DNA from: Trichosphaerium sp. ATCC 40318
Taxonomy: Eukaryota > Protista > Tubulinea
DNA length: 64,000 nucleotides
Direction of reading: 5' to 3'
NCBI GenBank assembly: GCA_038496445.1
Contig: JALMLS010000579.1
Location: forward strand, 124,001-188,000
Below the pieces are notes generated by a model. The model did not search any database. It was not told the DNA's origin and worked only from the letters and a program-made list of their open reading frames with translations. The position numbers were made by a program, and so were the translations under genes. Positions 24,790 through 36,613 of the stretch are shown here, piece after piece; within the stretch, counting starts at the first letter, position 1, and the number at the start of each line of letters is the position of its first letter.

Positions 24790-27630
24790 ATGTCTAATGG
24801 AGTACACTCGCTTCCTAGGCTAATTTCATTATGCGTTGAGGTGATTGTAGATAACCTCAACGAAATTGACAGCAAATCATGCCAAGTATTGCCGGCTGAC
24901 TCTAGAAACATAATAATCAAGCGTTTTAGAGGTAAAAACCGCGTATTAAATACAATACAGCTAATATATTTACAGAAAAGGGCCAATTATCAGATAAGGC
25001 TCTACAACTGTTTCTGTCGCGTCAAAAAATCGTCCTTCTACACTCAAACGTTATTTTATCCGATCTATCGATTAAACACATTGGTACAGCCTAAAAACAG
25101 CAAAGAATCCTTTCTAATACCCTGAAGCCCTCGTATGTGGATCGACGTTGTGCAGTCTTGTACTCAAAGACTGCTGTCTCCTCACAGATCACGGGTTTAA
25201 ATACATTGCGGCCAACTGCGCAAATTTGCAAAACCTTGATATCTCCGGTATGTTTTTGGCACTTGTAGTCTTTTGTTTTAATACGTTACACGTGCTCATT
25301 CACGTGTTTAGGTTGTGGCTTTGTTTCAAATGAAGCAATAAAGCGATTTAGATATGGGTGCACACGTCTTAATGAGCTAGATCTTGGTGGCTGTGTTGGT
25401 ATAACTGACGAGGCTGTAATGTACTTGGTTCAACTTCCATGCTTGAAAATACTTAATTTATCATATTGCTCTAATATTTCATGGACAGATCCGGTTTTGT
25501 ACAAGGTGTACGTACAATACATATCGCACGAATATCTGATCGAACTTAACCAATTTTTTGAAAACTTCACAAAAATCGCTTTGTTTGGTGTTTCACTTGC
25601 CTTACTTCTCTTTTACTAGACAACCATGTACTACCCTAAAATCCCTATGTTTACGTAGTCTCCCTACTATAACCAATGAGGTCATGCCACGGTACACAAA
25701 GGCATAAGAGGTTTATACACTAATAGTAAAATAGTATCTGTCAAATGTTCCCTAACTTATGTATTCTTGACTTGAGTTTCTGTACAAATATTGGAGATAT
25801 TGGGCTTGCTGCAATAGGAAAGTATTGTTCAAAGAATATATTCTCGTTAAATATTTGGGGTGCCAAACAAGTGAGTAATGATGGGATGAACTATTTATTA
25901 AAGTACGCTAATTTTTTTTATTCGAACACGTGATATTTTGTGGTACTTGTTACTACTTCTTATGATTGATACATAGGCATCGGTTTTTTATTTATTTATT
26001 TTAATGTAGTAAGACATCACAACTTCAATCTCTTACAATATCAAACTGCTCTACATTGACAGAATCATTTGTTATCACTCTTATTGCCAAAGCAAAACAA
26101 TTGCGTTCTTTCATCATATGGAATTGTACTGGTCTCAGTACGTACTCCTAGAACCATTTGAATCGAGTGCTAAGTGATGTATTAATTTGATAGGTAAGGG
26201 GTCAATACGGTTGTTTATGAAGTACTTTCCAAAGCTTCAAACACTAGGACTAAATAATTTGCATTTGAACGATGCAACACTAGAAAATGTTCTACCTGCA
26301 ATGACAAATCTTAAGGCCCTAGAGCTAGATAATAACCCTAGGTTAACTGATAAGGTAATAAAAGATTGCGGAAGTACCAGCTTGGTCTCAATAAGCGTTA
26401 AAAATGCAGAACAGTACGATGACAAGAATACCAAAAACTTCATTTGTTGCTTTGTATATTGTGCTAACACTCCTTCTAGCATTACTTTGGCTGGGTTATT
26501 ACCATGTATAGAAAGGAGCCCTAATATCAGAAGTCTTAATTTAAGAAATACAGCACTTTTACCTGACCAAGTACCTATGCTACTATTGCATCCTCATAAA
26601 ATATCAAAATTAGTATTAGGTACGTTTACGAAGTTTTTATTGAATAGTTTGCTTACTGTATTTGTTAGGTCCGAACTTAACAGACAAGGCCCTTGTTGAT
26701 ATAGTTTCCCTTGTTAGTAAAACTTTGAGTGTAATAAGGATAGATAATTGTAGCGGTATTACTAGTAGCGGTGTTAAACAAATGTTCAAAAAGTGTAAAC
26801 AACTTCAGGTATTTTATGATTTTTGTTGTTACTTTTATCTCATGTTTCTACGTAGAATATATCTCTCTCATTTTGTGGACAACTTGAGGATGAAGCATTT
26901 GAATCTATTGATCAAGATAACTACAAGCTAGAGCATATAAATCTTGCTGGGTGTAGTAACCTCACTGATGAGCCCATTCTATCCATTGCAAAGTATTGTC
27001 CAATTGTAAAAGTAAGTGGGTTTTTGTTGACATTTTTTTGACGGTTTACTAGACGTTAGCACTTTCGCTATTACGAAAAATTACAAGCAAATCTATAGTT
27101 CAAATAGGTAAAAAGTGTCACTGTTTGAGTACACTGTACTTGGCAATGTGCACTGAAGTCAAGATTGATGCCATTAAAAGCATAGCTATTGGTTGTCCTG
27201 GACTTGAACAACTTAATCTGAGTGGACTACGTACGCCACATAGACTACTATGAATCCTTTAGAATTAATAAGCTATTTAAAGCTGATCTTGGTGACCACG
27301 CTGTTGCATCTGTATCACATAGTTGTTTTTACTTACAAAGATTCGGTATGCTTCCTTTTTTTTACCATGTTCATTTGAACATGTTCTTTTACTAGCACAT
27401 GACTTACCACGTCTCTTAAGATTTACCTCATCATATATCTGCGAAGGCAATAACCGATCTCGTTTCAAACTGTCAATGCTTAACGGTAAGTAGAAATGTC
27501 TTTATTAAAAAGAGCTTATCTTTGCTCTCAATAGACACTTTGTGTTTTTCCTAATAGTTTCGAAGATAATTTTTACGATTCACTTCGTACAATTAATCCA
27601 AGGTTACTCATCATGCGTGCTAACTATTAA
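24790..27630 (+). CDS. AMN1/FBXL-like cysteine-containing LRR protein with an N-terminal BC-box-like motif; multi-exon
   Basis: SLPRLISLCVEVIVDNL, then repeats LVLKDCCLLTDHG, LQNLDISGCGFVSNE, LDLGGCVGITDE, LDLSFCTNIGDIG and INLAGCSNLTDE. TAA at 27628-27630. Confidence 0.8.
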
Positions 27631-27738
27631 ACATGTATTACGAGTTCTATGATTCTATTGTAAATAATAAATTAACCAAAACACAAAGTTATAAGCGTGA
27701 ATCACATTGTTAGCAGAGCAAACATTCTGTTTGAGAAT

Positions 27739-28439
27739 ATGGAGGTGTTTGTAGATCTATCTTGGTTTCGATGTAGTTTCTCTCAATCACCAACACATAC
27801 TACATAGATAAGCATATTGCAAGTCTACTTGATGGTAGGAACAAGTGATGCTTATACGCTAATTGTGGGAAATCACGTGCTAACAAACCAGCTATTTAAC
27901 ACGATTATAATTTTCCAAACTTGATAGCAGTAAGAAACAAACTGTGGCGCATTTCGTACAAACGAAGTTTGATGAAAACAGTACGTAGTTACAGTGGGAT
28001 ACGTACAACGTTGTAAAGTTTAGAATATAATGGGGTAGATCTTTGGTGGTTCCAAGTGTACCACAAAAACCCTCGTTATCTAGCTTGTAAAAGCGTGGAC
28101 CCAAACAAAGGCCCAAGAAGTACAACAAAGCCCTGGAAAATGCACACTATAGCCCTGGTACAATATACAGCGTGCTGTAGTTTCTAGCGATCGTCGTGTA
28201 CTTTGATTGCATTAGGTAACTGAGATCGCTTCACTTGGTGAAGTTTACCAAACTTTTATTTATTACCCAAGTACTTATTTTTTGTAAAAACTGTTTGTCA
28301 CAAACGGTTTACGCATAATGAGAATTCAGGTGACGTCAAACCAGCACGTGCACAAAAGGACTTTGGGTTGGTTAAACCAACTCTATACATTGACGTCTAT
28401 GGCAGTATATCATCTCGTTATGAGTACTGTAACACGTGA
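27739..28439 (+). CDS. Possible small spliced orphan gene or degenerate gene
   Basis: Canonical-looking introns join open exons (VAHFVQTKFDENK|YNGVDLWWFQVYHKNPRYLACKSVDP..HTIAL|VTEIASLGEVYQTFIYYP|SDVKPARAQKDFGLVKPTLYIDVYG). The 5' exons could not be joined without a stop codon. Confidence 0.35.
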
Positions 28440-28538
28440 TACCACGATTGGAGCTGAATTCACAATGAAAACTAGCACAAAATTGGTAGATAAGAACATA
28501 AAATACAAAACACGCTCAACAACACAACAACTCTGACA

Positions 28539-30383
28539 ATGTACCATGTTATATTTGCCTTGGCAGTACTGATAGCACTTGTACGCAGGTCTCTTTGTTA
28601 TTTTTCGTTGTACTAACAATCGTTTTAGGTATCAACTCAGATTACAACAAGCGTTCCTGGACGTATTGAAGCTGAGAAGTTTACTGGAAAGCGAGAACTC
28701 AGCAGCTCATGGTACACGAATACCAAAACCCTTCACCCTTTTATCCCTTTTGATGCTTACAGTTTTAACTCAGGTGGTGAGGCTTGTGGCATCTCACAAA
28801 CGCGACCATTTGTTGATCTTGAAAGGACTTCAGATCCACAAGGCGGAAACTGTAACGTTGGGTGGATTAAAGCTTCAGAGTACCTTGTATACGACAGTCC
28901 AGTGTTTGTTAGGACTGCTTCGTACACCATCAGACTGCGTGTTGCTTCTGCAAAAAATACAGAAAGTATAGTCAGAGTTCAAGTTGGTTCTGTCAGCAAT
29001 ACAGCTGTATTACGTGGATCAGGAGGTAAGGAGTCTATTTTTTTTTTCTACTTTCTATGAATGTGACACGTGTTGTTTCAGTTCTTTCTCACTTTTTTAG
29101 GATGGCAAGAGTGGACTGATCTTTATGTGAATATGGGTCGTATTACTCAAGGACCGCATAGAATACAGATAACGTTTCTGAATGGAAGCATTAACTTAAA
29201 TTTCTTTGAAGTACGACAAGATGGAGACTACAATATTGAATGGGGCTTCGAAGGTGTTCGGACACCACAGATCAATAAGCTTGTATGTCCTTTTAATCAA
29301 GTCATGTCCTTCTATTCTTATATCTTACTTACTCCTTAGCTTGCTCAAACAGAGGATGCTGCTCGTTTCTGGGAGAGTGTCATTATTGGTGATTTACCAG
29401 ACCGTAGATCTAATGTGTTCAACAGAAATGTTGGTATGTCAAAATGCTTTGATGGTTTTTTGTAACTGTGTACTAGATGATCTATACATTGATATTACAT
29501 TCCCTGTTATTGGTACGTCTTTAGTACATAAGAGTATGTCTGACAATGAAATAGATGGTCCTGGAAGAACTCTTGGAAGTGCTGGCGCTAGAGAAATCCG
29601 TGGTGGCAAAAACCTTCCTGTATTTTTGGTGTTTCCCTTTTCTGTAGCTCATGTGTTGGTAGGCTACTGGTACTATACGATTTGATATTGCTGATGCCCA
29701 ATCTCTTCTCAATAGAGGACAATTTGATGAAGTTGTAAGACATGAAATGGGTCACATTATGTATGTCTAGATTGTTTAAATTGACCCCTAACTTTTGTCT
29801 TAAAGTGGTCTTGGAGCTTTATGGGTGTTCAAAAAAGGAGTCATCATCGATCGTGACACCGACGACCCACGTTATACTTTACCTCTAGCAACAGCCCAAT
29901 ACAATAATATTTTTGGAAACTCAGAAACCACTACACCTGTCGAAAATAATGGCCGTCCAGGCAGTCGTCTATTGTAAGTTTGAAGTTGTATTTTTGAAAT
30001 TATTTTCTAAGCCACTTTATTTAAGGCATTGGCGGGAATCTACATTTAAAAATGAGCTCATGTCAACTCGATTAAACGGAGGAATGAATCCACTTTCAAT
30101 AATTAGCGTGGAGTCACTTAGAGACCTTGGGTAAGAACCTAGTACTTGTATTTAATTTAGTCTCTCTGGAGCTATATGCTGAACTTCAATCTATGTTAGA
30201 TACACCGTAGACGTCAGTAAGGCGGAACCATATAATAGACCATCAAAGAGATCATTAAGAGGAAGGAATAAGCGTAGAAAGACGTTTGAATGTCGCTTTG
30301 AAGCACCTGAAATGTACGTTCAAGTCAATTTTTAAACAGAAATTTTGTCTTAACTTTCTGCTAGTGTTGTACTTGAAGAGTGA
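28539..30383 (+). CDS. Secreted CBM6 carbohydrate-binding domain plus leishmanolysin-related (M8-like) zinc metalloprotease
   Basis: Signal MYHVIFALAVLIALVST. CBM6-like part: VPGRIEAE..VDLERTSDPQGGNCNVGWI..YTIRLRVAS..GGWQEW..INLNFFEV. Protease part: DGPGRTLGSAG, GTIRFDIAD, VVRHEMGHIMG (HExxH), VENNGRPGSRLLHWRESTFKNELM, NPLSIISVESLRDLGY. Confidence 0.85.
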
Positions 30384-30735
30384 CATATAACCCAAAGAAT
30401 TAGCTCTTTGCATTAAATAAACATTTGATTAGTCTACAAAAACGCCAATGATGACTCCACTTAAACTTTTCACCTCTGTGTGTATGTTTAATTGCGTGGG
30501 AGAGCCAATTCTACCCATACATAAAAAATGTATGGTTCCATTTTTTGATGTCAAAATTGCATTGTTTTAAAAATCACCATGGCGTTGGCGCTTGCTACCA
30601 CGTGATACTTATAGCAAAAAACAGCCATACATTGTGGTCGTGGGAGGCTTAATGTTACTAGTAGTAAGCTTATTTTCATTGAAAGGATTGCTTAAGATAG
30701 ACAAGTTTGTGTTCTTACTTAATCTGGCGTTTTCT

Positions 30736-31264
30736 ATGACCGCGATGTCTTTTTCTGATGCCAAATTTATTGCTTTGCGGTTGAAACCAGGACAAGACTT
30801 GAAAAAAGCTTTAATTGAGACGTCAAAAGCAAATGGCATCAAAGCTGGTTTTATAGCTACTTGCGTTGGCTCTGTAACGCATCTAAGCCTAAGACTGGCT
30901 AATACAACGGATCAGCTCAAAAAACAAGGTCATTTCGAGATTGTTTCGCTTACAGGTACTCTTTCGCCTGGAGGCGCTTGTCATATGCATATGAGCGTGT
31001 CTGATAGTAAAGGTATTATTATTTCTACCAAACGCTTTTAAATAACGTTAGAATAGGTACAACGTTTGGAGGACATCTAATGGATGGTAATATAGTATAC
31101 ACAACAGCAGAGATTGTAATCGGTACGAAATTGACGCTAAAATGTACAAATTGTTAAAATGATTGTTTGAAGGTGTATTGCTAAATTACGAGTTTCCGAG
31201 GCCTCACGATGAAAGCACAGGTTTTGACGAACTGGCTCCTAAGTATATTCCAAAAAAACAATAA
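30736..31264 (+). CDS. PPC/DUF296 (AF0104-like) domain protein
   Basis: ALRLKPGQDL, GFIATCVGSV, FEIVSLTGTL, HMHMSVSDSKGTTFGGHL, YTTAEIVIG, DESTGFDEL; two introns. Confidence 0.9.
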
Positions 31265-31500
31265 TTCTTTGCGAAATTGAGAATTTAACTGTTTTTGAGC
31301 AAGTGCCCCATGTGAGGCTCAAGTTGGATTATCAACTCAACTACAATACGTCACTGTACATGTAATTTCATTAGTGAAGTGGTGGTAGCAAATAAAATAA
31401 CATCATGGAAATGTAAGGAGTTTTATTGCCAAGGACCAAAAATGCTTTGTTTCGTTTGCTTTTTCCGCAGTTTGCACACGTGCTAAAAAAATCTGTTCTT

Positions 31501-33537
31501 TTATTCTCTCTTTGCGTTTAATTCTGTAGGTGATTTCCAAGACCACTTGTTGAGATCTATGTTTCCACCTATAGTCAAGAAAAAGATGAGTAGATTCAAA
31601 ATTGGATATATTTGTTTCGAAGATTGCACAGCTTTGTCTTTTACCTGATAGGACAATCCCAACTCTTTCTATTCCTGATAGGGATTTGAATTCCTCAGTT
31701 AATACTACAGCTAGAGGAATAGCGCCACTAGGTTCAACAACCTGAAACAAACTTGATTAGAGTTTTTGACATGGATTGTATTCCAACACTTTAAACGAAC
31801 TGCTTTGCACGTACTATTTTCATACGCTCCCAAATGAGCCTCATAGCATCACGTACTTGATCATCGGATACTGTAATAATCTTCTCAACATGTTTCTAAA
31901 ACGTTTTTCAGCCAATAAGGTAATAAACAACCCAAAACGTAAAAGGCAGTTTTCTAGCTTTAAGACACGTGATAGACGCGAAACAAGGTTTTTTTTGGAA
32001 AGTACGGTCTATTGCGGAAACGTACATGCATTATAGCGAAAGTATTATGACCAAGGTTAGTTCTAAGTAAAGCATCATGTCAGCAAAGTTTTTTTTTGAT
32101 AGTTAATTTTGGAACTGTTCAACAAACCTTAGTCCATCACATATCGTATTAACCTCTTTATTGTGAATAATTTTTCCACTCTCAAGAGACAGCTTAGCAT
32201 CATTTGCACCTAGACGGATATTTAATTTATGAAAATAAAAGTGAACATCACGTGCTGTTCAAAACAAAAAAATTATGGATTTCTACGTTGGCAAAAAAAA
32301 AAGAAGCCACAAATTGGGTTTATTGGGCCTAATCAACACAAAGAATACCTTCAGGCTCTGCTCCAAACATTCGTATATTTTTCTTGATGCCTTTAGCAGC
32401 TATACAAAGCCCAGACATCATCCCTCCTCCACCAACAGGAGCAACAATTGCATCCAATCCTAGAACACTAAGAAAAATACAGTTCCAAAATAGGCTCACC
32501 TTCTGCTTGTTCCATCAATTCCAAACCCATGGTACCTAAGAAAAATTTTAGATTTAAGCGCATCCAAAGAAAAAACGTTTCAACTATCGTTCTTTTTTGT
32601 AGGTTTGTACCTTGTCCTGCTATGACGCGTACGTCATTGGAAGAGCCTATGTACACTGCTCCTGTCTCTGCTACAATTCTATTACATGTTGGTATCCTTT
32701 CAGTTATGCCTTTACAGAAAACAACACGTGCGCCTAATTTTCAAAGTGAGCGAATGGCTTTGTTTAAACTGAAACGACGCGAAAAAACGATCTATCACGA
32801 TAGATGGAAAATAATGGTGTCATATTTTCTAGGCGTACCATATCCTCTAACAGCGCGTACTTTTACTAATATGGGTTATTTAGAAATGTTTAGTAAAACG
32901 GCTGAATACCTTCGGGTGAACTTTCAATCATGACAATGTGTGCAGCTACGGAAGACGCTCAGTTCACCAATCTACCTTGTAATACGAACAAAAAGACCTA
33001 CCTACGCCTCTCATACGAGCCGCTAGTGCTACTGCTTGCGCATGATTTCCTGAACTACTCTATCATTAAAACGAGTGTAAACATTTGGGTTTGGGTCATT
33101 TTGGACGAAAGCAAAGTTGTGTGCCTGTGAGTTGCTACTCCTTGGCTTATTTCCGAATCTTCAAGTGAAAGTACAGCGTTACAAGCCCCTCGGAACTTGA
33201 ACGCTCCGACCTAACCCCATATTTTTTAGTTGAAATTTTTTTTGAACTGATTTTTTTCTCGTAACAAGAGGCAGAGCTTACTTTCTGGAAGTTCTCACAC
33301 TACAAAGTTTTATTAGTTTTAATTTTCTAATCATCGCTTATGCCAAACATACCTTAAAGAACAATTTCCTGCCCGCCATTTCATCAATAGTAGAGCATGT
33401 GAGGACTGGAGTTCGTTTTACCCTTCGAAGGAAAAAAAACGTTAGGAGATGAAGATTGATGGAGTAACGTACAAGCTCTTTATCCTTTCTTGAGCACTTA
33501 ATACATCTTCAAATGATACAGGTAGTGTGTTTGTCAT
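31501..33537 (-). CDS. Serine racemase / threonine dehydratase family PLP enzyme
   Basis: RTPVLT, KCENFQKVGAFKFRGA (PLP lysine), THSSGNHAQA, VIAGQGTMGLE, APVGGGGMMSG, TICDGLRT, VVEPSGA, VLSGGNIDL. Confidence 0.93.
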
Positions 33538-34001
33538 AGTTTAATAGTAACTTTTATGAAGGAAACGGCTTAGCACCCGAAAAAGAAAGAATACAGTTGA
33601 CCACATCCGACAAGTTTTTTGAGTTTTTCGATAGCGTTATTTATTGCTCGACTTGAATTAGTGTTTGGAGTTGAATTTACGCTATTCTAGGGCTTTCAGT
33701 TTCTATTCACGTAACAAAACTGGCTTTTGTTTATTGAGTCAAGAAGTCAAAATAAGACAAATCCTAGGAGTTGTCAAATAATTTGGGGCGGAATTATCTC
33801 ACTTGTAATGGTTAGCAAGCGTTGTAGGTGTTATAAATTTTGCGAGTTTCTTCCCTTATTTAACACGCAATTGAATGAGCCCTCTTTGTCGCTGCTGTCA
33901 TTGAGGTGTAAGGTATAGCGAAAACTCGCGTAAGAAGTGATATTATCCCCTGTATGGTATACCTCCTCAAATAACCTTGTAAATACGCTAAGTCTCCTTT
34001 T

Positions 34002-34533
34002 CTACGCATAAACAGGCGTATCAGGGCTATCGCTTTTGATCTGAGATCCGACATGCGTTCTAGTGCATTTACTGAATCCAACTACGCTCCATTTGCGTAT
34101 AAAGAGGTACCTCGCAACGGTTGAAGAACGCTGGGAGCCATTACATAAAGTACAGACTACAAAAGGTTTATTGCTGTTTTTTTTTTTGGCGCACACACAT
34201 TTGGTTACATTGGTTGTAAGCTGCTTCACATGTATTCTTTGGAAGCCCAGTTGCTTCGCAAGCCTGTTCAACCATACGGCACTGCTCTTTACAAGAGGAA
34301 GGGGTCGCTTTAGCTACAACGCCTTGTGTTTCCGTCGCGTTGCACCCAAGTTTTTCAAAACACGCTTTGACAATGTCCAAGCACCAATCATCAGGCATAC
34401 GAGCTGCCTCACAGGCCATACCTGCCCAAATACAAGGTCCAACATTACAATCTTTTTTGTCGTCAGTAGTTGTACGGCTCGAAACGAGAGCCACAGTGAC
34501 AAGCAAGATTGAGAAGATAGTAACGAGTTGCAT
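34002..34533 (-). CDS. Small secreted cysteine-rich protein with two 6-Cys repeats
   Basis: Signal MQLVTIFSILLVTVALVSS. Repeats CNVGPCIWAGMACEAARMPDDWCLDIVKACFEKLGC and CKEQCRMVEQACEATGLPKNTCEAAYNQCNQMC. The 3' exon structure is uncertain and may extend to about 33830. Confidence 0.65.
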
Positions 34534-35032
34534 TTGCTGAGGTTTACAGTAAAAAAAGAAAGTCTTGAGGATTCTATGTGTTACACAACTCTTTGTTTCA
34601 AAACAAATTCTTCGTAGACTTGTCCTGTATGTTGTTGTATATGTTTCTGTAACTTCTGGAATTGGGGAAGTCATTTTCCATAAGCAGAATTCCAGCAAGT
34701 TTTGGTAACTAATGTCGACTTCCACTTAAACGTTTCCGCCTCTGTGTGGGCTTTACGTGCGTAGGAGAGCTAAGTTCGACTATTCGTACGCGCTTCAGGA
34801 GCATTGTGAGCGAGAGGCAAAATAGCCTAAAACAGCACGTTTTCTTTGTAAAAAAGCTAGACTACCACACCAAATCACAGGGTTCCACGAAAGAGTCCTA
34901 CGTGGTTTTAGTACCTGGTAAGGATCTCAAAGAGAACTTCATGAGGCATGCGGTAGGTCAAGGCTAAGATAGCTATCCTCGAATCTACATGATAAAAACG
35001 GTCACCTTTTTTAATTGTTTTTCTTTTCAATA

Positions 35033-36337
35033 CTACTCTTCTTCTTTTTTTTCTGGGCTTGGAAATACTCTGGAAATACAATGAGGAGATGTTACATAAA
35101 GTAAAGAATTTGCCATAATCATTGATCCAAAATTATCTTCACTCTATTCCAGCCACCATCACCACTGCCATCGCTTGGTAAAAAGAATCCAATAGAAACT
35201 ATCCTTGTTTTGGCTTCTGTCAACATCTCTGCAATAAAAGGACTTGAAGGTACACCAGCGATCAATGTTGCATTAGTAGCTAATGGACCGGCAGAACAGT
35301 AAGAAATACGATAAGTTTTTTTAGTATTTATTCCAGTTGCAATAAAATGATCATCCAAGACCCACGTCTGGTCTGGTATCCTACTTTGACCTAGTATTTA
35401 GTTAGTAAGTTTATAACAATTGTTTTATAAAAAGAATAGAGTGACCTGATGGTGAAATTGGATGTAATCCACCATTTAAAAATTTACCCTCTAAAACATC
35501 ATGTCAACATAAAACATATTACAACTTTGGCTCTCGTTGAAAACGTTCAATACTGTAACAACAAATTTTCACGCACGTGCACATTCTCCGACCGAACCAT
35601 TACAAAACCGGCCAATAATCACACCTTGAAGAACCAAGTTTAGTCAAACTTCTTTGTGTAAATAATTTGTGATACCTTTCTTTTCAAGCAAAGCGTAATC
35701 ATGCAGAGCATCACCAAGTTGCTCCATATCACCATTATATCCATTAGAAAATACAATAACTGCATCATATGGCTTCATTTTTTCAAAAATATCTTCTGTA
35801 GTAGCAGGGTTTGGTAATGTGTACATATCAACCTATTTTCGCTTTTGAGGTAAGAGCAAAAACGATCAAAAAAAAACAATCAAGATGCGTTTTTGACTTC
35901 AAAGACAGCAGCTACATAAAAATAGCGTGTGTTGGGCGTGATTGTAAATTGTGGTTTGACGCACGTTTTTAAGGCCTGTTGACGAAATACACCTTTCAAC
36001 GTCTTCAATATAGCGTGTAGAACCGTTGTTGCACACAACAAGGTACCTAAAGTACGTTTAAGCTCAAATAAGCAAGTACGTTATAAAAAGCTTACTTGCG
36101 CTCTGTTACATGCTTGTAAAACACCCGCCAATCCTTTACAGTCTTGGGTAGTTCTTTCAGCTTCTCTAATGGCGTGTATTCGCTACAACTCTTTACCTTC
36201 CAAGATACATTACTAGAACGCCTGATATCGCGCCACGTTGAACAAACCGTTGAAATAACACCAAGAGTTGAAATATTATCAATTTGGTTGAATACTAGCT
36301 CTACAATTTCTGGTGGGAGGTCCCCAAACGTACTCAT
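35033..36337 (-). CDS. F-box protein with alpha/beta C-terminal domain; apparent frameshift near 35143
   Basis: FGDLPPEIVELVFNQI..ISTVCSTW (F-box); YDAVIVFSN..LGDALHDY..KGVII; IVSIGFFLPSD..GGW. The plausible terminal helix GSMIMANSLLYV lies in a different frame. Confidence 0.65.
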
Positions 36338-36613
36338 GGAGGTATTACTTGTTTTTGTGTTATTTTTACATAACCACAATCAACGCTTTTGACTGTCAAG
36401 ACCGGTTTTTGAGTGGCAAAACTTGCTATTAAAATCAAGCTAGTAGTAGCTTGGTGTAGTGCACTCTCTCATTTTACGTAGCAATGTTAATAGCATACAA
36501 ACGTGTCCAAACGCAGATATAACACATTTTGCTCAGGTGAACAATCACGTGATTCGCGTTAAGTTGTTGGTTTTAGACGAACACCAATTTGCCATGTAGG
36601 ATTTTATTATTTT

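Noticed and set aside
34860-34960. Minus-strand F-box-like scrap (MPHEVLFEILTR ... SFVEPCDLVW)
   Set aside because: Too short, interrupted by stops, and it would need a 17-nt intron. It may be a relic but cannot be supported.
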